From an uncultured Methylophilaceae bacterium (GTDB taxonomy: Bacteria; Pseudomonadota; Gammaproteobacteria; Burkholderiales; Methylophilaceae), in NCBI GenBank assembly GCA_964511385.1, contig CAZEFE010000004.1:85111-149110 (forward strand): a stretch of DNA of 64,000 nt, in the 5' to 3' direction. The position numbers and the translations under genes were made by a program. Each line of letters starts with the position of its first letter. Position 1 is the stretch's first letter. The notes beneath the pieces are model-generated. The model saw only the letters and a list, made by a program, of their open reading frames with translations. It was not told the origin of the DNA and made no database searches. Below, piece after piece: positions 54,543 to 64,000 of this stretch.

Positions 54543-55679
54543 ATGGCTAAACGGCGTATCAGTGTATCCGACATCATTATTGGGCAGCCGTTGCCCTGGA
54601 ATGTGTACCATGAGGATGGGCGCCTGCTGCTTGGGAAAGGCGAGGTTGTCGCTACCGAAAACCAGGCCGTACGCATGGTCAGGGAGGGGATGTACTCTGA
54701 GGTCGGCGATGTGCGGGATATTGAGCAGCCCCTGACCCCCACGAAAAACGAACCGTCAGTCGTGCGCATACTCAACCGCGCCAACTGGATGCTGCGCAAG
54801 GCGTTGCCTGGCTTGTCCGCACTTAGCAATGCCGAAGCCAAAATCCGGGAAATCTCCGCAATGATTTACCAGGCGCTGGAACTGGACTCCGATGTGGCCA
54901 TCGCGTGTATTTTCCTCAACCAGCAGCCAGGTGGGCCTTATGTGTTCAGGCATTGCACCGATACGGCGGTGGTTGCCGCGCTGATCGCCCGTTCCATGGG
55001 CATGTCGCAGGATGAAATCATCACCGGGATTGCCGCGGCGTTGACCTCCAACCTGGGCATGCTGGATTATCAGGAGCACCTGGACAACAAACAAGGTCCG
55101 CTGACTGAGGCGGAAAGAACTCACGTCCGCAAGCATCCGGAACACAGTGTCGAAATGCTCAAGAATGTGGGCGTGACTGACGAAGCCTGGCTATCTTATG
55201 TGCTGAACCATCACGAAAACGAAGATGGCAGCGGCTATCCCGGTGGCAAGCCCGGAGCCGAAATCCCGGTGTTCGCCAAGCTGATCGGCCTGGCCGACCG
55301 CTACTGCGCGCGGGTGACCGGCAAGGATTACCGTAAACAGGTGTTGCCCAGCAGCGCATTGCGCAACATCTTCCTCAGCAAGGACAAGGAGATTGATCCT
55401 TCGCTGGCACCGTACTTCATCAAGAACATTGGCCTGTATCCACCGGGCAGTTTTGTGCGCTTGAAGAATTACGAAATTGCCGTTGTGGTCAAGACCGGCG
55501 TCAACCCAAATCACCCGCAGGTGATGAGTGTCCTGAATGCAACCGGGATGCCGCAAGGGGGGCGGTTGCTGCGGCGCACGGCTACACCTGAATACGAGAT
55601 TCGGGAGGCGGTGCACAAGGAAATTGCTGGAGCCAACCTCTCCATGCAGCGTTTCTGGGGCGCCCTGGCGGCGTTTTAG
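54543..55679 (+). CDS. HD-GYP-family protein, paralog 3, HD dyad replaced by SN
   Basis: FRHCTDT, AALTSNLGML, HHENEDGSGYPGG. Most positions are identical to paralog 2 by eye. Confidence 0.85.
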   Translation: MAKRRISVSDIIIGQPLPWNVYHEDGRLLLGKGEVVATENQAVRMVREGMYSEVGDVRDIEQPLTPTKNEPSVVRILNRANWMLRKALPGLSALSNAEAKIREISAMIYQALELDSDVAIACIFLNQQPGGPYVFRHCTDTAVVAALIARSMGMSQDEIITGIAAALTSNLGMLDYQEHLDNKQGPLTEAERTHVRKHPEHSVEMLKNVGVTDEAWLSYVLNHHENEDGSGYPGGKPGAEIPVFAKLIGLADRYCARVTGKDYRKQVLPSSALRNIFLSKDKEIDPSLAPYFIKNIGLYPPGSFVRLKNYEIAVVVKTGVNPNHPQVMSVLNATGMPQGGRLLRRTATPEYEIREAVHKEIAGANLSMQRFWGALAAF

Positions 55680-55743
55680 TCGTTGCGGACCCGATGTCGC
55701 GAGGCTTGCGAGTTAGAAGAAAAGCCGCTATATTTGCGCCACT

Positions 55744-55881
55744 ATGTTTTTCAATCGCTACATCACGTTAGCTCTTCCGCATTTCGGCCTGCTGCTGGCA
55801 GGTCTGCTGCTGCGCGTCACGCGCTAAATACTCCCCCACACAATACACAGGTTTCAGGTTCTCGCGGCATAGTCCCGCGAG
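55744..55881 (+). promoter_or_regulatory. candidate leucine-responsive leader peptide (27 codons, 55744-55827) plus hairpin (55861-55881) upstream of leuA
   Basis: Hand translation is MFFNRYITLALPHFGLLLAGLLLRVTR-stop. Eight of the 27 residues are Leu, including two LLL runs encoded as CTG CTG CTG. The downstream stem is CTCGCGG-N7-CCGCGAG. Confidence 0.45.
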
Positions 55882-55942
55882 TGGATAAGTTTATGGTCGG
55901 GCCGAACATTTTTGCGCCGGACTGAACATTGGAGACATTTCC

Positions 55943-57484
55943 ATGCAAGACAACAACAGATTAATCATTTTTGATACCACCTTGCGCGATGGCGAGCAGA
56001 GCCCCGGTGCCGCCATGACCAAGGAAGAAAAAATCCGCATTGCGCGCCAGTTGGAAAAACTGGGCGTGGACGTGATCGAAGCCGGTTTTGCCGCCGCCAG
56101 CCCCGGCGACTTTGACGCGATCAAGTCCATTGCCGAAATCATCAAGAACTCGACCGTGTGTTCACTGGCCCGCGCCAGCGAGAACGACGTGCGTCGTGCC
56201 GGCGAAGCGATCAAGCCTGCCAAGTCCGGCCGCATCCACACATTTATCGCAACCTCGCCCATCCACATGGAGCACAAGCTGCGCATGACGCCGGACCAGG
56301 TGGTCGAGCGTGCGGTGCAGGCCGTGAAGTGGGCCGGGGAATACACCGGAGACGTAGAGTTTTCGGCCGAGGATGCCGTGCGTTCCGACATCGATTTTTT
56401 GGTACGCGTGTTCGATGCGGTGATCCAGGCCGGTGCCAAGACCATCAACGTGCCGGATACGGTGGGTTATTCCATCCCGGCCTTGTGGGGCGAGCGTTTC
56501 AAGGAACTGCTCGCGCGCGTGCCCAATGCCGACAAGGTGGTGTGGTCCACGCACTGCCACAACGACCTCGGTATGGCAGTCGCCAACTCGCTCGCCGCGG
56601 TGATGAACGGTGCGCGTCAGGTGGAATGCACCATCAACGGCTTGGGTGAGCGCGCCGGCAACGCCAGCCTGGAAGAAATCGTGATGGCGGTGAAGACACG
56701 CAAGGACATTTTTCCCTGCGACACGCGCATCGACACCACGCAGATCGTGCCGACCTCCAAGCTGGTGTCCAGCATCACCGGTTACCCGGTGCAGTTGAAC
56801 AAGGCCATCGTCGGCGCCAATGCCTTCGCCCATGAGTCCGGTATCCATCAGGACGGCGTGCTCAAGCACCGCGAAACCTATGAAATCATGCGCGCGGAAG
56901 ACGTGGGCTGGAACGCCAACAAATTAACATTGGGCAAGCTGTCCGGGCGCAACGCGTTCCGCACCCGCCTGCAGGAACTCGACATCGTGCTGGAGAGCGA
57001 GGATGCCTTGAACGCGGCTTTTGCACGGTTCAAGGATCTCGCCGACAAGAAGTCGGAAATTTTCGATGAAGACTTGCAGGCCCTGGTCAGCGACGAGTTT
57101 GTCAGCGAGGCTTCCGAGCATTACAAACTGGTCTACCTGCATGTGTGCTCGGAAACCGGAGAGACGCCGCATTCCACTGTCACCATTACCGAAGCCGGCA
57201 AGGAGCGCAAGGCCGAGGCCGACGGCGGCGGGCCGGTAGATGCTTCGTTTAAGGCGCTCGAAGCGATGGTGCAAAGCGGTGCCGAATTGCTGTTGTACTC
57301 GGTGAACAATATCACCAGCGGTACCGATGCCCAGGGCGAAGTCACCGTGCGCCTGTCCAAGGGCGGGCGCATCGTCAACGGCCAGGGCGCGGATACCGAT
57401 ATTGTCATCGCCTCGGCCAAGGCTTACATCAACGCGTTGAACAAGCTGCATTCCAAGCTTGAACGCGCGCATCCGCAGGTCTGA
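55943..57484 (+). CDS. leuA: 2-isopropylmalate synthase
   Basis: [14 protein letters not shown] start and [12 protein letters not shown] motif, with a C-terminal LeuA dimerisation/regulatory domain. Confidence 0.96.
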   Translation: MQDNNRLIIFDTTLRDGEQSPGAAMTKEEKIRIARQLEKLGVDVIEAGFAAASPGDFDAIKSIAEIIKNSTVCSLARASENDVRRAGEAIKPAKSGRIHTFIATSPIHMEHKLRMTPDQVVERAVQAVKWAGEYTGDVEFSAEDAVRSDIDFLVRVFDAVIQAGAKTINVPDTVGYSIPALWGERFKELLARVPNADKVVWSTHCHNDLGMAVANSLAAVMNGARQVECTINGLGERAGNASLEEIVMAVKTRKDIFPCDTRIDTTQIVPTSKLVSSITGYPVQLNKAIVGANAFAHESGIHQDGVLKHRETYEIMRAEDVGWNANKLTLGKLSGRNAFRTRLQELDIVLESEDALNAAFARFKDLADKKSEIFDEDLQALVSDEFVSEASEHYKLVYLHVCSETGETPHSTVTITEAGKERKAEADGGGPVDASFKALEAMVQSGAELLLYSVNNITSGTDAQGEVTVRLSKGGRIVNGQGADTDIVIASAKAYINALNKLHSKLERAHPQV

Positions 57485-57499
57485 TCGTTTGTCATCTGC

Positions 57500-57540
57500 G
57501 ACGGGTATGATCCGGCACATGGATCATGCCCGTCATTTAT
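57500..57540 (+). terminator. hairpin terminator after leuA
   Basis: 14-bp stem GACGGGTATGATCC / GGATCATGCCCGTC with one G-U pair, followed by ATTTAT. Confidence 0.5.
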
Positions 57541-57556
57541 CGAAATCGTTCGCCGT

Positions 57557-58429
57557 ATGAATACCCGTACGCGCTGGCTGGTCAGCTTGTCGCTGGTTGC
57601 GCTTTATTTCATCTGGGGCTCGACTTTTTACGCCATGAAACTGGCGATAGAAAGTTTTCCTCCGTTCATGATGGCCGGCCTGCGCTTTTTCTGCGCCGGT
57701 ATCCTGCTGTACGCGATCCTCCGCGTGCGCGGTCAACCTGCGCCGGGGTTGCGGCAATGGGCCAGCGCAGCCGTTATCGGCGCGATGCTGCTGGCTTTGG
57801 GCAATGCCAGCATTGCCTACGCCCAGCAATGGGTGGCAACTGGTGCCGCCGCCCTGGCCATTGCCACGGTTCCGCTCTGGGTGGCGGTGTTTTCCGGCCT
57901 GTGGGGCAACCGCCCGCACCTGAAGGAATGGCTGGGCATCCTGGTCGGCACCGCCGGGGTTGCCGTACTGACGCTGGGGCACAACATGCAGGCCAGCCCG
58001 CTGGGGGCCGCATTGATCCTGTTTGCGGCATTAAGCTGGGCGTTCGGCTCGGTGTGGAGCAAGCAGTTGCCCATGCCGGAAGGCTTGATGTCGAGCGCCG
58101 CGCAGATGCTGTGCGCGGGCACGTTGCTGCTGCTGTTCAGCCAGGGCATGGGCGAGCCAGTGCCGCGCCATGCCTCGACCGGGGCAGTGCTGGCGCTGCT
58201 CTACCTGATTGTGTTCGGCTCCTATGTGGCTTACACCGCTTATCTTTATTTGCTCAACACGGTGCGGCCGGCGCTGGCGACCAGTTATGCGTTTGTGAAC
58301 CCGCTGGTGGCGATGCTGCTGGGAACCTGGCTGCTGGGCGAGCGGCTGGAATGGCATGAAATAGCCGCGCTGTGCATTATCCTGGCGGGCGTATCGCTGG
58401 TGTTGTGGCCGAAAAAAACTTCGCCATGA
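57557..58429 (+). CDS. EamA/DMT-family transporter (YedA-like)
   Basis: Ten-TM-type protein with two EamA halves. LYFIWGSTFYAMK N-terminus. Confidence 0.85.
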   Translation: MNTRTRWLVSLSLVALYFIWGSTFYAMKLAIESFPPFMMAGLRFFCAGILLYAILRVRGQPAPGLRQWASAAVIGAMLLALGNASIAYAQQWVATGAAALAIATVPLWVAVFSGLWGNRPHLKEWLGILVGTAGVAVLTLGHNMQASPLGAALILFAALSWAFGSVWSKQLPMPEGLMSSAAQMLCAGTLLLLFSQGMGEPVPRHASTGAVLALLYLIVFGSYVAYTAYLYLLNTVRPALATSYAFVNPLVAMLLGTWLLGERLEWHEIAALCIILAGVSLVLWPKKTSP

Positions 58430-58498
58430 AGTCGTGGGTATAATGCTGGCCGATTTCGCGGCAATACAATACGCGCAATAAACTTTTGGAGAATTGAT

Positions 58499-59161
58499 TT
58501 GCAACTCGTTCTGTTTGACCTGGATAACACGCTGCTGGCGGGCGATAGCGATTTTGAGTGGGGCCGTTTCCTGATTAACCTGGGGGTGCTCGACGAAGAA
58601 TTGCACCTGGCCCGCAACGCGCAATTCTACGAAGACTACAAACAGGGCACGCTGGACATCCACGCCTTTCTCGAATTCCAGCTGAAGCCGCTGTCGACCC
58701 ATCCGCGCGCGCAGCTCGATGCCTGGCACGCCAAGTTCATGCAGCAGGTGATCCAGCCCATCATTACCCCGCAGTCGCGTGCGCTGGTGGAAAAACACCG
58801 CGCCAACGGCGACCTGATGGTGGTCATTACCGCCACCAACAGTTTTGTGACGGCGCCCATTGCCCGGGAGCTTGGTATCCCGCACCTGATCGGCACTGTC
58901 CCGGAAGAAGTGAACGGCGAGTTCACCGGACGCGTGTCAGGCGTACCCAGTTTCAAGGAAGGCAAGGTCACGCGCTTGCTGCAATGGCTGGAAGCGCGCG
59001 GGGAGACGCTGCAAGGCTTTGATGCTACCTGGTTTTATAGCGACTCGCACAACGACCTGCCGCTGATGAAGCTGGTCGATCACCCGGTGGCGGTGGATGC
59101 TGATCCGGTGCTGACCGAGCACGCAAAGGCCAACGGCTGGCCACGGATCAGTCTGCGCTAG
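58499..59161 (+). CDS. HAD-IB family hydrolase
   Basis: Motif I FDLDNTL at the N-terminus and motif IV YSDSHNDLPL. TTG start preceded by GGAGAA. Confidence 0.82.
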   Translation: MQLVLFDLDNTLLAGDSDFEWGRFLINLGVLDEELHLARNAQFYEDYKQGTLDIHAFLEFQLKPLSTHPRAQLDAWHAKFMQQVIQPIITPQSRALVEKHRANGDLMVVITATNSFVTAPIARELGIPHLIGTVPEEVNGEFTGRVSGVPSFKEGKVTRLLQWLEARGETLQGFDATWFYSDSHNDLPLMKLVDHPVAVDADPVLTEHAKANGWPRISLR

Positions 59162-59169
59162 ACGCTGGC

Positions 59170-60381
59170 TTAGAGTTTTGAAAACACCAGGCAGGCATTG
59201 GTGCCGCCAAAGCCAAAGCTGTTCGACAACGCGGTCTTGATGTTGGCGTTGTTGATTCGGCTGCGCACGATGTTCATGCCTTCCGCCGCCGGATCCAGCG
59301 TTTCGATATTGGCCGATGCCGCGATGAAGTTGTGTTCCATCATCAGCAGGGTATATACCGCTTCGTTGACGCCCGCCGCGCCCAAGGCGTGGCCGGATAG
59401 CGACTTGGTGGAGGCGATCGCCGGTTGCTGCGCGCCAAATACCTCGCGAATGGCTTCCAGTTCCTTGGTATCGCCGACCGGCGTGCTGGTGCCGTGGGTG
59501 TTGATGTAATCCACCGGGCCCTCGACGCCTTGTAATGCCATCCGCATGCAGCGCACCGCGCCTTCGCCGGACGGGGCGACCATGTCGTAACCGTCGGAGG
59601 TGGCGCCGTAGCCGACCACTTCGGCATAAATCTTCGCGCCGCGCGCCTTGGCGTGTTCGTATTCTTCCAGCACCAGGATGCCGCCGCCGCCGGAGATGAC
59701 GAAGCCGTCGCGGTTGGCGTCGTAGGTGCGCGATGCTTTGTCCGGAGTATCGTTGTACTTGCTGGACAGCGCGCCCATGGCATCAAACATGAACGACAGC
59801 GTCCAGTGTTCTTCCTCGGCGCCGCCGGCGAATACGATGTCCTGCTTGCCCATCTGGATCTGCTCCACGCCATTGCCGATGCAATGCGCACTGGTGGAGC
59901 AGGCGGAACTGATGGAGTAGTTGATGCCCTTGATCTGCGCGCCGGTCGCCAGGCAGGCAGATACGCCGCTGGCCATGGCCTTGGTCACCATATAGGGGCC
60001 GACGCGGCGCACGCCTTTTTCGCGCAGGGTGTCTATGCCTTCCAGGATGCTTTCGTGCGAAGCACCGCCCGCGCCAACCACCAGGCCGGTGCGGATATTC
60101 GATACCAGTTCCGGCGGCAGGCCGGCGTCGGCAATCGCTTCCTGCATGGCAAGCCAGGCATAGGCATGGCCGTTGGCCATGAAGCGCATCAGTTTGCGGT
60201 CTATCAGTTCCTGTACGTTGAGGTTGATGGAGCCGGCTACCTGGGAGCGCAGGCCCTGGTCCGCATACGCCTGCTGGAAGGTAATGCCGGAGCGGCCTGC
60301 GCGCAGGCTGTCCAGTACTTCAGATTTGTTGTTGCCGAGGCTGGAAACGATGCCCATGCCTGTGACGACGACACGTCGCAT
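59170..60381 (-). CDS. fabB: beta-ketoacyl-ACP synthase I
   Basis: [14 protein letters not shown] start, active-site SSACSTS and HGTSTPVGD motifs, GHALGAAG. Adjacent to fabA. Confidence 0.93.
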   Translation of the reverse strand: MRRVVVTGMGIVSSLGNNKSEVLDSLRAGRSGITFQQAYADQGLRSQVAGSINLNVQELIDRKLMRFMANGHAYAWLAMQEAIADAGLPPELVSNIRTGLVVGAGGASHESILEGIDTLREKGVRRVGPYMVTKAMASGVSACLATGAQIKGINYSISSACSTSAHCIGNGVEQIQMGKQDIVFAGGAEEEHWTLSFMFDAMGALSSKYNDTPDKASRTYDANRDGFVISGGGGILVLEEYEHAKARGAKIYAEVVGYGATSDGYDMVAPSGEGAVRCMRMALQGVEGPVDYINTHGTSTPVGDTKELEAIREVFGAQQPAIASTKSLSGHALGAAGVNEAVYTLLMMEHNFIAASANIETLDPAAEGMNIVRSRINNANIKTALSNSFGFGGTNACLVFSKL

Positions 60382-60394
60382 AGTGGCTTCCCTC

Positions 60395-60907
60395 CTAAAA
60401 ATTGTCCGTTTGCGTGAACAGGCCGACCCGGAGGTCGTTGGCGGTATAGATTTCCCGGCCGTCCACTTTCATGCGGGCATCCGCAATGCCCATCACCAGT
60501 TTGCGCATGATAGTACGCTTGATGTCGATACGATAGGTGACACGCTTGTGACTGGGCAGCACCTGGCCGGTGAACTTGACTTCGCCGGCACCCAGTGCGC
60601 GCCCATGCCCCGGGCCGCCCATCCAGCCCAGATAAAAACCGACCAGTTGCCACATGGCATCCAGACCCAGACAGCCCGGCATCACCGGGTCGCCCTCGAA
60701 ATGGCAGCCAAAAAACCATAAATCGGGGCGCACATCCAGCTCCGCAATAATCTGCCCCTTGCCGTGCGCGCCGCCGTCTTCGGAGATGGTCACGATGCGA
60801 TCGAACATCAGCATCGGGGGCAGCGGCAACTGGGCGTTGCCCGGGCCAAACATTTCGCCGCGGCCACAGGCTAGCAGCTCTTCATAGCTATAACTGGATT
60901 TCTTCAA
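60395..60907 (-). CDS. fabA: 3-hydroxydecanoyl-ACP dehydratase/isomerase
   Basis: [12 protein letters not shown] and [24 protein letters not shown] motifs. Confidence 0.95.
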   Translation of the reverse strand: MKKSSYSYEELLACGRGEMFGPGNAQLPLPPMLMFDRIVTISEDGGAHGKGQIIAELDVRPDLWFFGCHFEGDPVMPGCLGLDAMWQLVGFYLGWMGGPGHGRALGAGEVKFTGQVLPSHKRVTYRIDIKRTIMRKLVMGIADARMKVDGREIYTANDLRVGLFTQTDNF

Positions 60908-61017
60908 TTTGAAATACTCACGTGATAAGACTTAGGATGATAAACAAGAGCCGTAGCCTGCACAATTATAACCTATACGCTATCATGGCGTTTTTTCACC
61001 ATCACCAAGGAAACTGA

Positions 61018-61476
61018 ATGATTAACCGCCGTCAACTGGCCGCTGTTCTGGTGGCCTTATCTGCTTTGGCATTAACCAATTTCGCATCCGCTGAACCCCA
61101 GAAAGAAAAAACCGCAATGAAAAAATCCATTACCGAACTTGAAAAAATCGACCGTAACGTAGGCACCGGCAAGGAAGCCATGCCCGGCATCAGCGTTGAT
61201 GTGCACTATACCGGCTGGCTGTATGATCCCAGCAAGCCCGAGGGACACGGCACCAAGTTCGACAGTTCGGTTGATCGCGGTGAGCCATTTACGTTCTTTC
61301 TCGGCGGTGGCCAGGTGATCCGCGGTTGGGATGAAGGCGTGGTGGGTATGAAGGAAGGCGGCAAGCGCACCCTGATTATTCCTTCCAGCATGGGCTATGG
61401 CTCGCGTGGTGCAGGCGGGGTGATCCCGCCGTATGCGACGCTGGTGTTTGATGTTGAATTGCTGCACGTGCATTAA
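61018..61476 (+). CDS. secreted FKBP-type peptidyl-prolyl cis-trans isomerase
   Basis: Signal peptide, then VHYTGWL...FDSS...PFTF.LG.GQVIRGWDEG..GM..GG.R.L.IP...YG. Confidence 0.92.
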   Translation: MINRRQLAAVLVALSALALTNFASAEPQKEKTAMKKSITELEKIDRNVGTGKEAMPGISVDVHYTGWLYDPSKPEGHGTKFDSSVDRGEPFTFFLGGGQVIRGWDEGVVGMKEGGKRTLIIPSSMGYGSRGAGGVIPPYATLVFDVELLHVH

Positions 61477-61498
61477 TTGCCATGCCGGGGCTGGCGTT

Positions 61499-62965
61499 CT
61501 AATCCAGCCCCAAACCTCCCCATATTTCATCCACTCGCGCTTTTACGGCGGGGTCCATGCAAATCGGTGTTCCCCACTCGCGGCTGGTTTCACCTTGCCA
61601 CTTGTTGGTGGCGTCAATGCCCATCTTGCTGCCGAGCCCTGATACCGGGCTGGCGAAATCCAGGTAATCAATCGGCGTGTTGTCCACAATCAGCGTGTCG
61701 CGCGCCGCATCCACGCGCGTGGTCATGGCCCACACCACCTCTTTCCAGTCGCGGATGTTGACGTCGTCGTCGGTGACGATGATGAATTTGGTGTACATGA
61801 ACTGCCGCAAAAAACTCCACACGCCGAACATCACGCGCTTGGCATGGCCGGGGTACTGCTTTTTCATGCTCACCACTGCTAATCGGTAACTGCACCCTTC
61901 CGGCGGCAGGTAGAAGTCGCTGATTTCCGGGAACTGTTTCTGTAACAGCGGCACGAACACTTCGTTCAGCGCCACGCCCAGCACGGCGGGTTCGTCCGGC
62001 GGCTTGCCGGTGTAGGTGCTGTGGTAGATCGGGTCGCGGCGCATCGTGATGTGGGTGATGGTGAACACGGGGAAGTCATCCACCTCGTTGTAATAGCCGG
62101 TGTGGTCGCCGAACGGGCCTTCGGCGGCGGTTTCATCCGGCGCGATGTAGCCTTCCAGCACAATCTCCGCGCTGGCCGGAACGTGCAACGGGTTGCTCAC
62201 GCACCGCACAATCTCGGTCTTGCCGCCGCGCAGCAGCCCGGAAAACTGGTATTCCGACAAGGTATCGGGCACCGGCGTCACCGCGCCGAGGATGGTGGCC
62301 GGGTCGGCGCCCAATGCCACCGCCACCGGGAAATTCTCGCCGGGATGGGCAGTGCACCAGTCGCGGAAATCCAGCGCGCCGCCGCGATGCGCCAGCCAGC
62401 GCATGATGACCTTGTTTTTGGCGATGACTTGCTGGCGGTAAATGCCCAGGTTCTGCCGCTCCTTGAGCGGCCCCTTGGTCACGGTCAGCCCCCAGGTGAT
62501 GAGTCGCCCGGCATCGCTCGGCCAGCAGGTCTGGATCGGCAGTTTTGATAAATCCACCTCATCGCCCTGCCATACGATTTCCTGGCACGGTGCGCGGCTG
62601 ACTACCTTGGGTGCCATGTCCAGTACCTTTTTGAATTTCGGCCACTTGTCCCAGGCGTCGCGCAGCCCCTTGGGTGGCTCCGGCTCTTTCAGGAAAGCCA
62701 GCAATTTGCCTACTTCGCGCAGCGCCGCCACATTTTCCTCGCCCATGCCCAAGGCCACGCGGCGCGGCGTGCCGAACAGGTTGGCCAGCACCGGCATGTT
62801 GTGGCCGGCCACGTTCTCGAACAGCAGCGCCGGGCCGTCTTGTTTCAGTACGCGGTCGCAGATTTCCGTCATTTCCAGGTGCGGGCTGACCGGCACCTGG
62901 ATGCGCTTGAGCTCGCCTTGTTGTTCGAGCTGGGCAATAAAGTCCCGCAGGTCGTGGTATTTCAT
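61499..62965 (-). CDS. ubiD: 4-hydroxy-3-polyprenylbenzoate decarboxylase
   Basis: [22 protein letters not shown] start and full-length UbiD (488 aa). Confidence 0.95.
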   Translation of the reverse strand: MKYHDLRDFIAQLEQQGELKRIQVPVSPHLEMTEICDRVLKQDGPALLFENVAGHNMPVLANLFGTPRRVALGMGEENVAALREVGKLLAFLKEPEPPKGLRDAWDKWPKFKKVLDMAPKVVSRAPCQEIVWQGDEVDLSKLPIQTCWPSDAGRLITWGLTVTKGPLKERQNLGIYRQQVIAKNKVIMRWLAHRGGALDFRDWCTAHPGENFPVAVALGADPATILGAVTPVPDTLSEYQFSGLLRGGKTEIVRCVSNPLHVPASAEIVLEGYIAPDETAAEGPFGDHTGYYNEVDDFPVFTITHITMRRDPIYHSTYTGKPPDEPAVLGVALNEVFVPLLQKQFPEISDFYLPPEGCSYRLAVVSMKKQYPGHAKRVMFGVWSFLRQFMYTKFIIVTDDDVNIRDWKEVVWAMTTRVDAARDTLIVDNTPIDYLDFASPVSGLGSKMGIDATNKWQGETSREWGTPICMDPAVKARVDEIWGGLGLD

Positions 62966-63016
62966 GCCGGGATTGTATCAGCTACACTTTGCGCCTTCGA
63001 CTCTAAGGAAAAGGCA

Positions 63017-63436
63017 ATGAAAGTTCGCGTGAAGTGGGTGGAAGACGTATGTTTCATAGGCGAGTCCGAAACCGGCCACGCCGTGGTGCTGGACGGCGCG
63101 CCGGAAGCGGGTGGCCGCAACATCGGCATGCGCCCGATGGAAATGCTGCTGATTGGCATGGGTGCATGTACGTCTTTTGATGTGGTGACCATCCTCAAGA
63201 AGGCCCGTCAGGACATCGCTGATTGCGTGGCGCAGATAGAGGCCGATCGCGCAAACGAAATTCCCAAGGTGTTCACCAAAATCCACGTGCATTTCGTGGT
63301 GACCGGCAAGGGCTTGAACCCTGTTCAGGTAGAGCGCGCGGTCAAGCTATCGGCAGAAAAATACTGCTCGGCATCCATCATGCTGGGAAAAAGCGTGGAA
63401 ATCACCCACGATTTCGAGATCGTGGAAACCGCCTGA
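63017..63436 (+). CDS. OsmC-family peroxiredoxin-like protein
   Basis: 139 aa with conserved Cys pair contexts (GMGACTSFDV and AEKYCSAS). The ATG at 63017 lies within the longer track ORF. Confidence 0.85.
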   Translation: MKVRVKWVEDVCFIGESETGHAVVLDGAPEAGGRNIGMRPMEMLLIGMGACTSFDVVTILKKARQDIADCVAQIEADRANEIPKVFTKIHVHFVVTGKGLNPVQVERAVKLSAEKYCSASIMLGKSVEITHDFEIVETA

Positions 63437-63448
63437 TTTTCCGCTGGC

Positions 63449-63766
63449 TCAAGGCTGTTCCGGGAACAGCCTTGCCGTCCATTCCTGCCCGGATTCCACC
63501 ACGTCAATCAGCCGGTCGATGTTAGGGTGCTTGCCAGGGTTGAGCCTGGCATCCTCGGTGTGTTCGGCGTAAAGCTTCATGCCTTCTTTGGCGGCTGCGG
63601 TGTTGATGCGGCCGTGTTTCTGGTACAGGTGGAAATACACTTTCAACGAACCCTGGCTGCCGGGTTTGTTTTCTATGGTTTCAACCATACCCTTGCTGTC
63701 AGTCAGCTCGATGCGCTGCAAATGTTCAGCGCTGTTGAGGGTGGCGAGAATCTCGGAGAATTTCAT
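63449..63766 (-). CDS. conserved hypothetical protein, 105 aa
   Basis: Intact ORF whose start overlaps the coq7 stop by 4 nt. I cannot assign a family with confidence. Confidence 0.55.
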   Translation of the reverse strand: MKFSEILATLNSAEHLQRIELTDSKGMVETIENKPGSQGSLKVYFHLYQKHGRINTAAAKEGMKLYAEHTEDARLNPGKHPNIDRLIDVVESGQEWTARLFPEQP

Positions 63767-64000
63767 ATTCGGTAAGCGGTGTGAGTAAGAATCTTGGATG
63801 TCAGTTTCATTGCCATCTGGATCGGCGGCGGCAGTGCGATGCCACCATGCGCAATGGCTGTGGTGGCGTGTGATGTTTCGTCGACTTGCATCTGGGTGAC
63901 AATGGCGCGGCTTTTTTCATCGTGCACCGGCAGCTTGGCCAAGTGGCTTTGCAAATGGCCGCTGACCTGATGTTCGGTTTCAGCCAGGAAGCCCAGGCTC
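63763..64000 (-). CDS. coq7: demethoxyubiquinone hydroxylase Coq7 (C-terminal part; gene runs off the window)
   Basis: Extending the frame to the window edge gives SLGFLAETEHQVSGHLQSHLAKLP...DEKSRAIVTQMQVDETSHA...TAYRI, the second EXXH di-iron motif region of Coq7. Confidence 0.85.
   Translation of the reverse strand, partial: SLGFLAETEHQVSGHLQSHLAKLPVHDEKSRAIVTQMQVDETSHATTAIAHGGIALPPPIQMAMKLTSKILTHTAYRI

Noticed and set aside
55683-55925. 80-aa plus-strand ORF filling the spacer upstream of leuA.
   Set aside because: The translation is Arg/Ala/Ser-rich with no motif and no Shine-Dalgarno. The Leu-rich 27-codon leader in another frame is the more meaningful reading of this spacer.

Overview
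GC-rich (about 60% by eye) core-chromosome segment with betaproteobacteria-like gene content and order; the taxonomic call is inference. I can support about 66 protein-coding genes, 3 tRNAs (Ser-GCT, Pro-CGG, Met/CAT), two near-consensus sigma70 promoters and several rho-independent terminators. Most genes are housekeeping: lysC, alaS, recX-recA, cinA-pgpA-thiL-mog, pmbA, mlaA, fbp, phr, hemH, hrcA, nadK-recN, msrB, ispB, rplU-rpmA-obg-proB-purEK, rpsT, murJ-ribF-ileS-lspA, ychF, nusB-ribH, clpSA, secDF-yajC-tgt, pssA, leuA, fabAB, ubiD and coq7. I found no rRNA, CRISPR array, transposase, integrase, restriction-modification, toxin-antitoxin or recognisable defence genes, and no convincing wholly new multi-gene system. 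The best candidates for a second look are: (1) three tandem paralogous HD-GYP-family genes between pssA and leuA, whose catalytic HD dyad is replaced by QN/SN while HHE-DGSGYP is kept; (2) the lower-GC left edge (1-960) next to the 3' end of tRNA-Ser, with an acidic orphan ORF, a coupled unannotated Trp-rich 46-aa ORF and five helically phased GGGGACA repeats; (3) a Leu-rich leader peptide upstream of leuA; (4) a small secreted Cys-rich protein beside recA; (5) a secreted PLD/Nuc-type nuclease inside the clpSA-ribH-nusB gene string; (6) a Sel1-repeat / thioredoxin-like ferredoxin / GAF-HD-GYP cluster next to tRNA-Met. All family calls come from reading the translations by eye; no database search was run.
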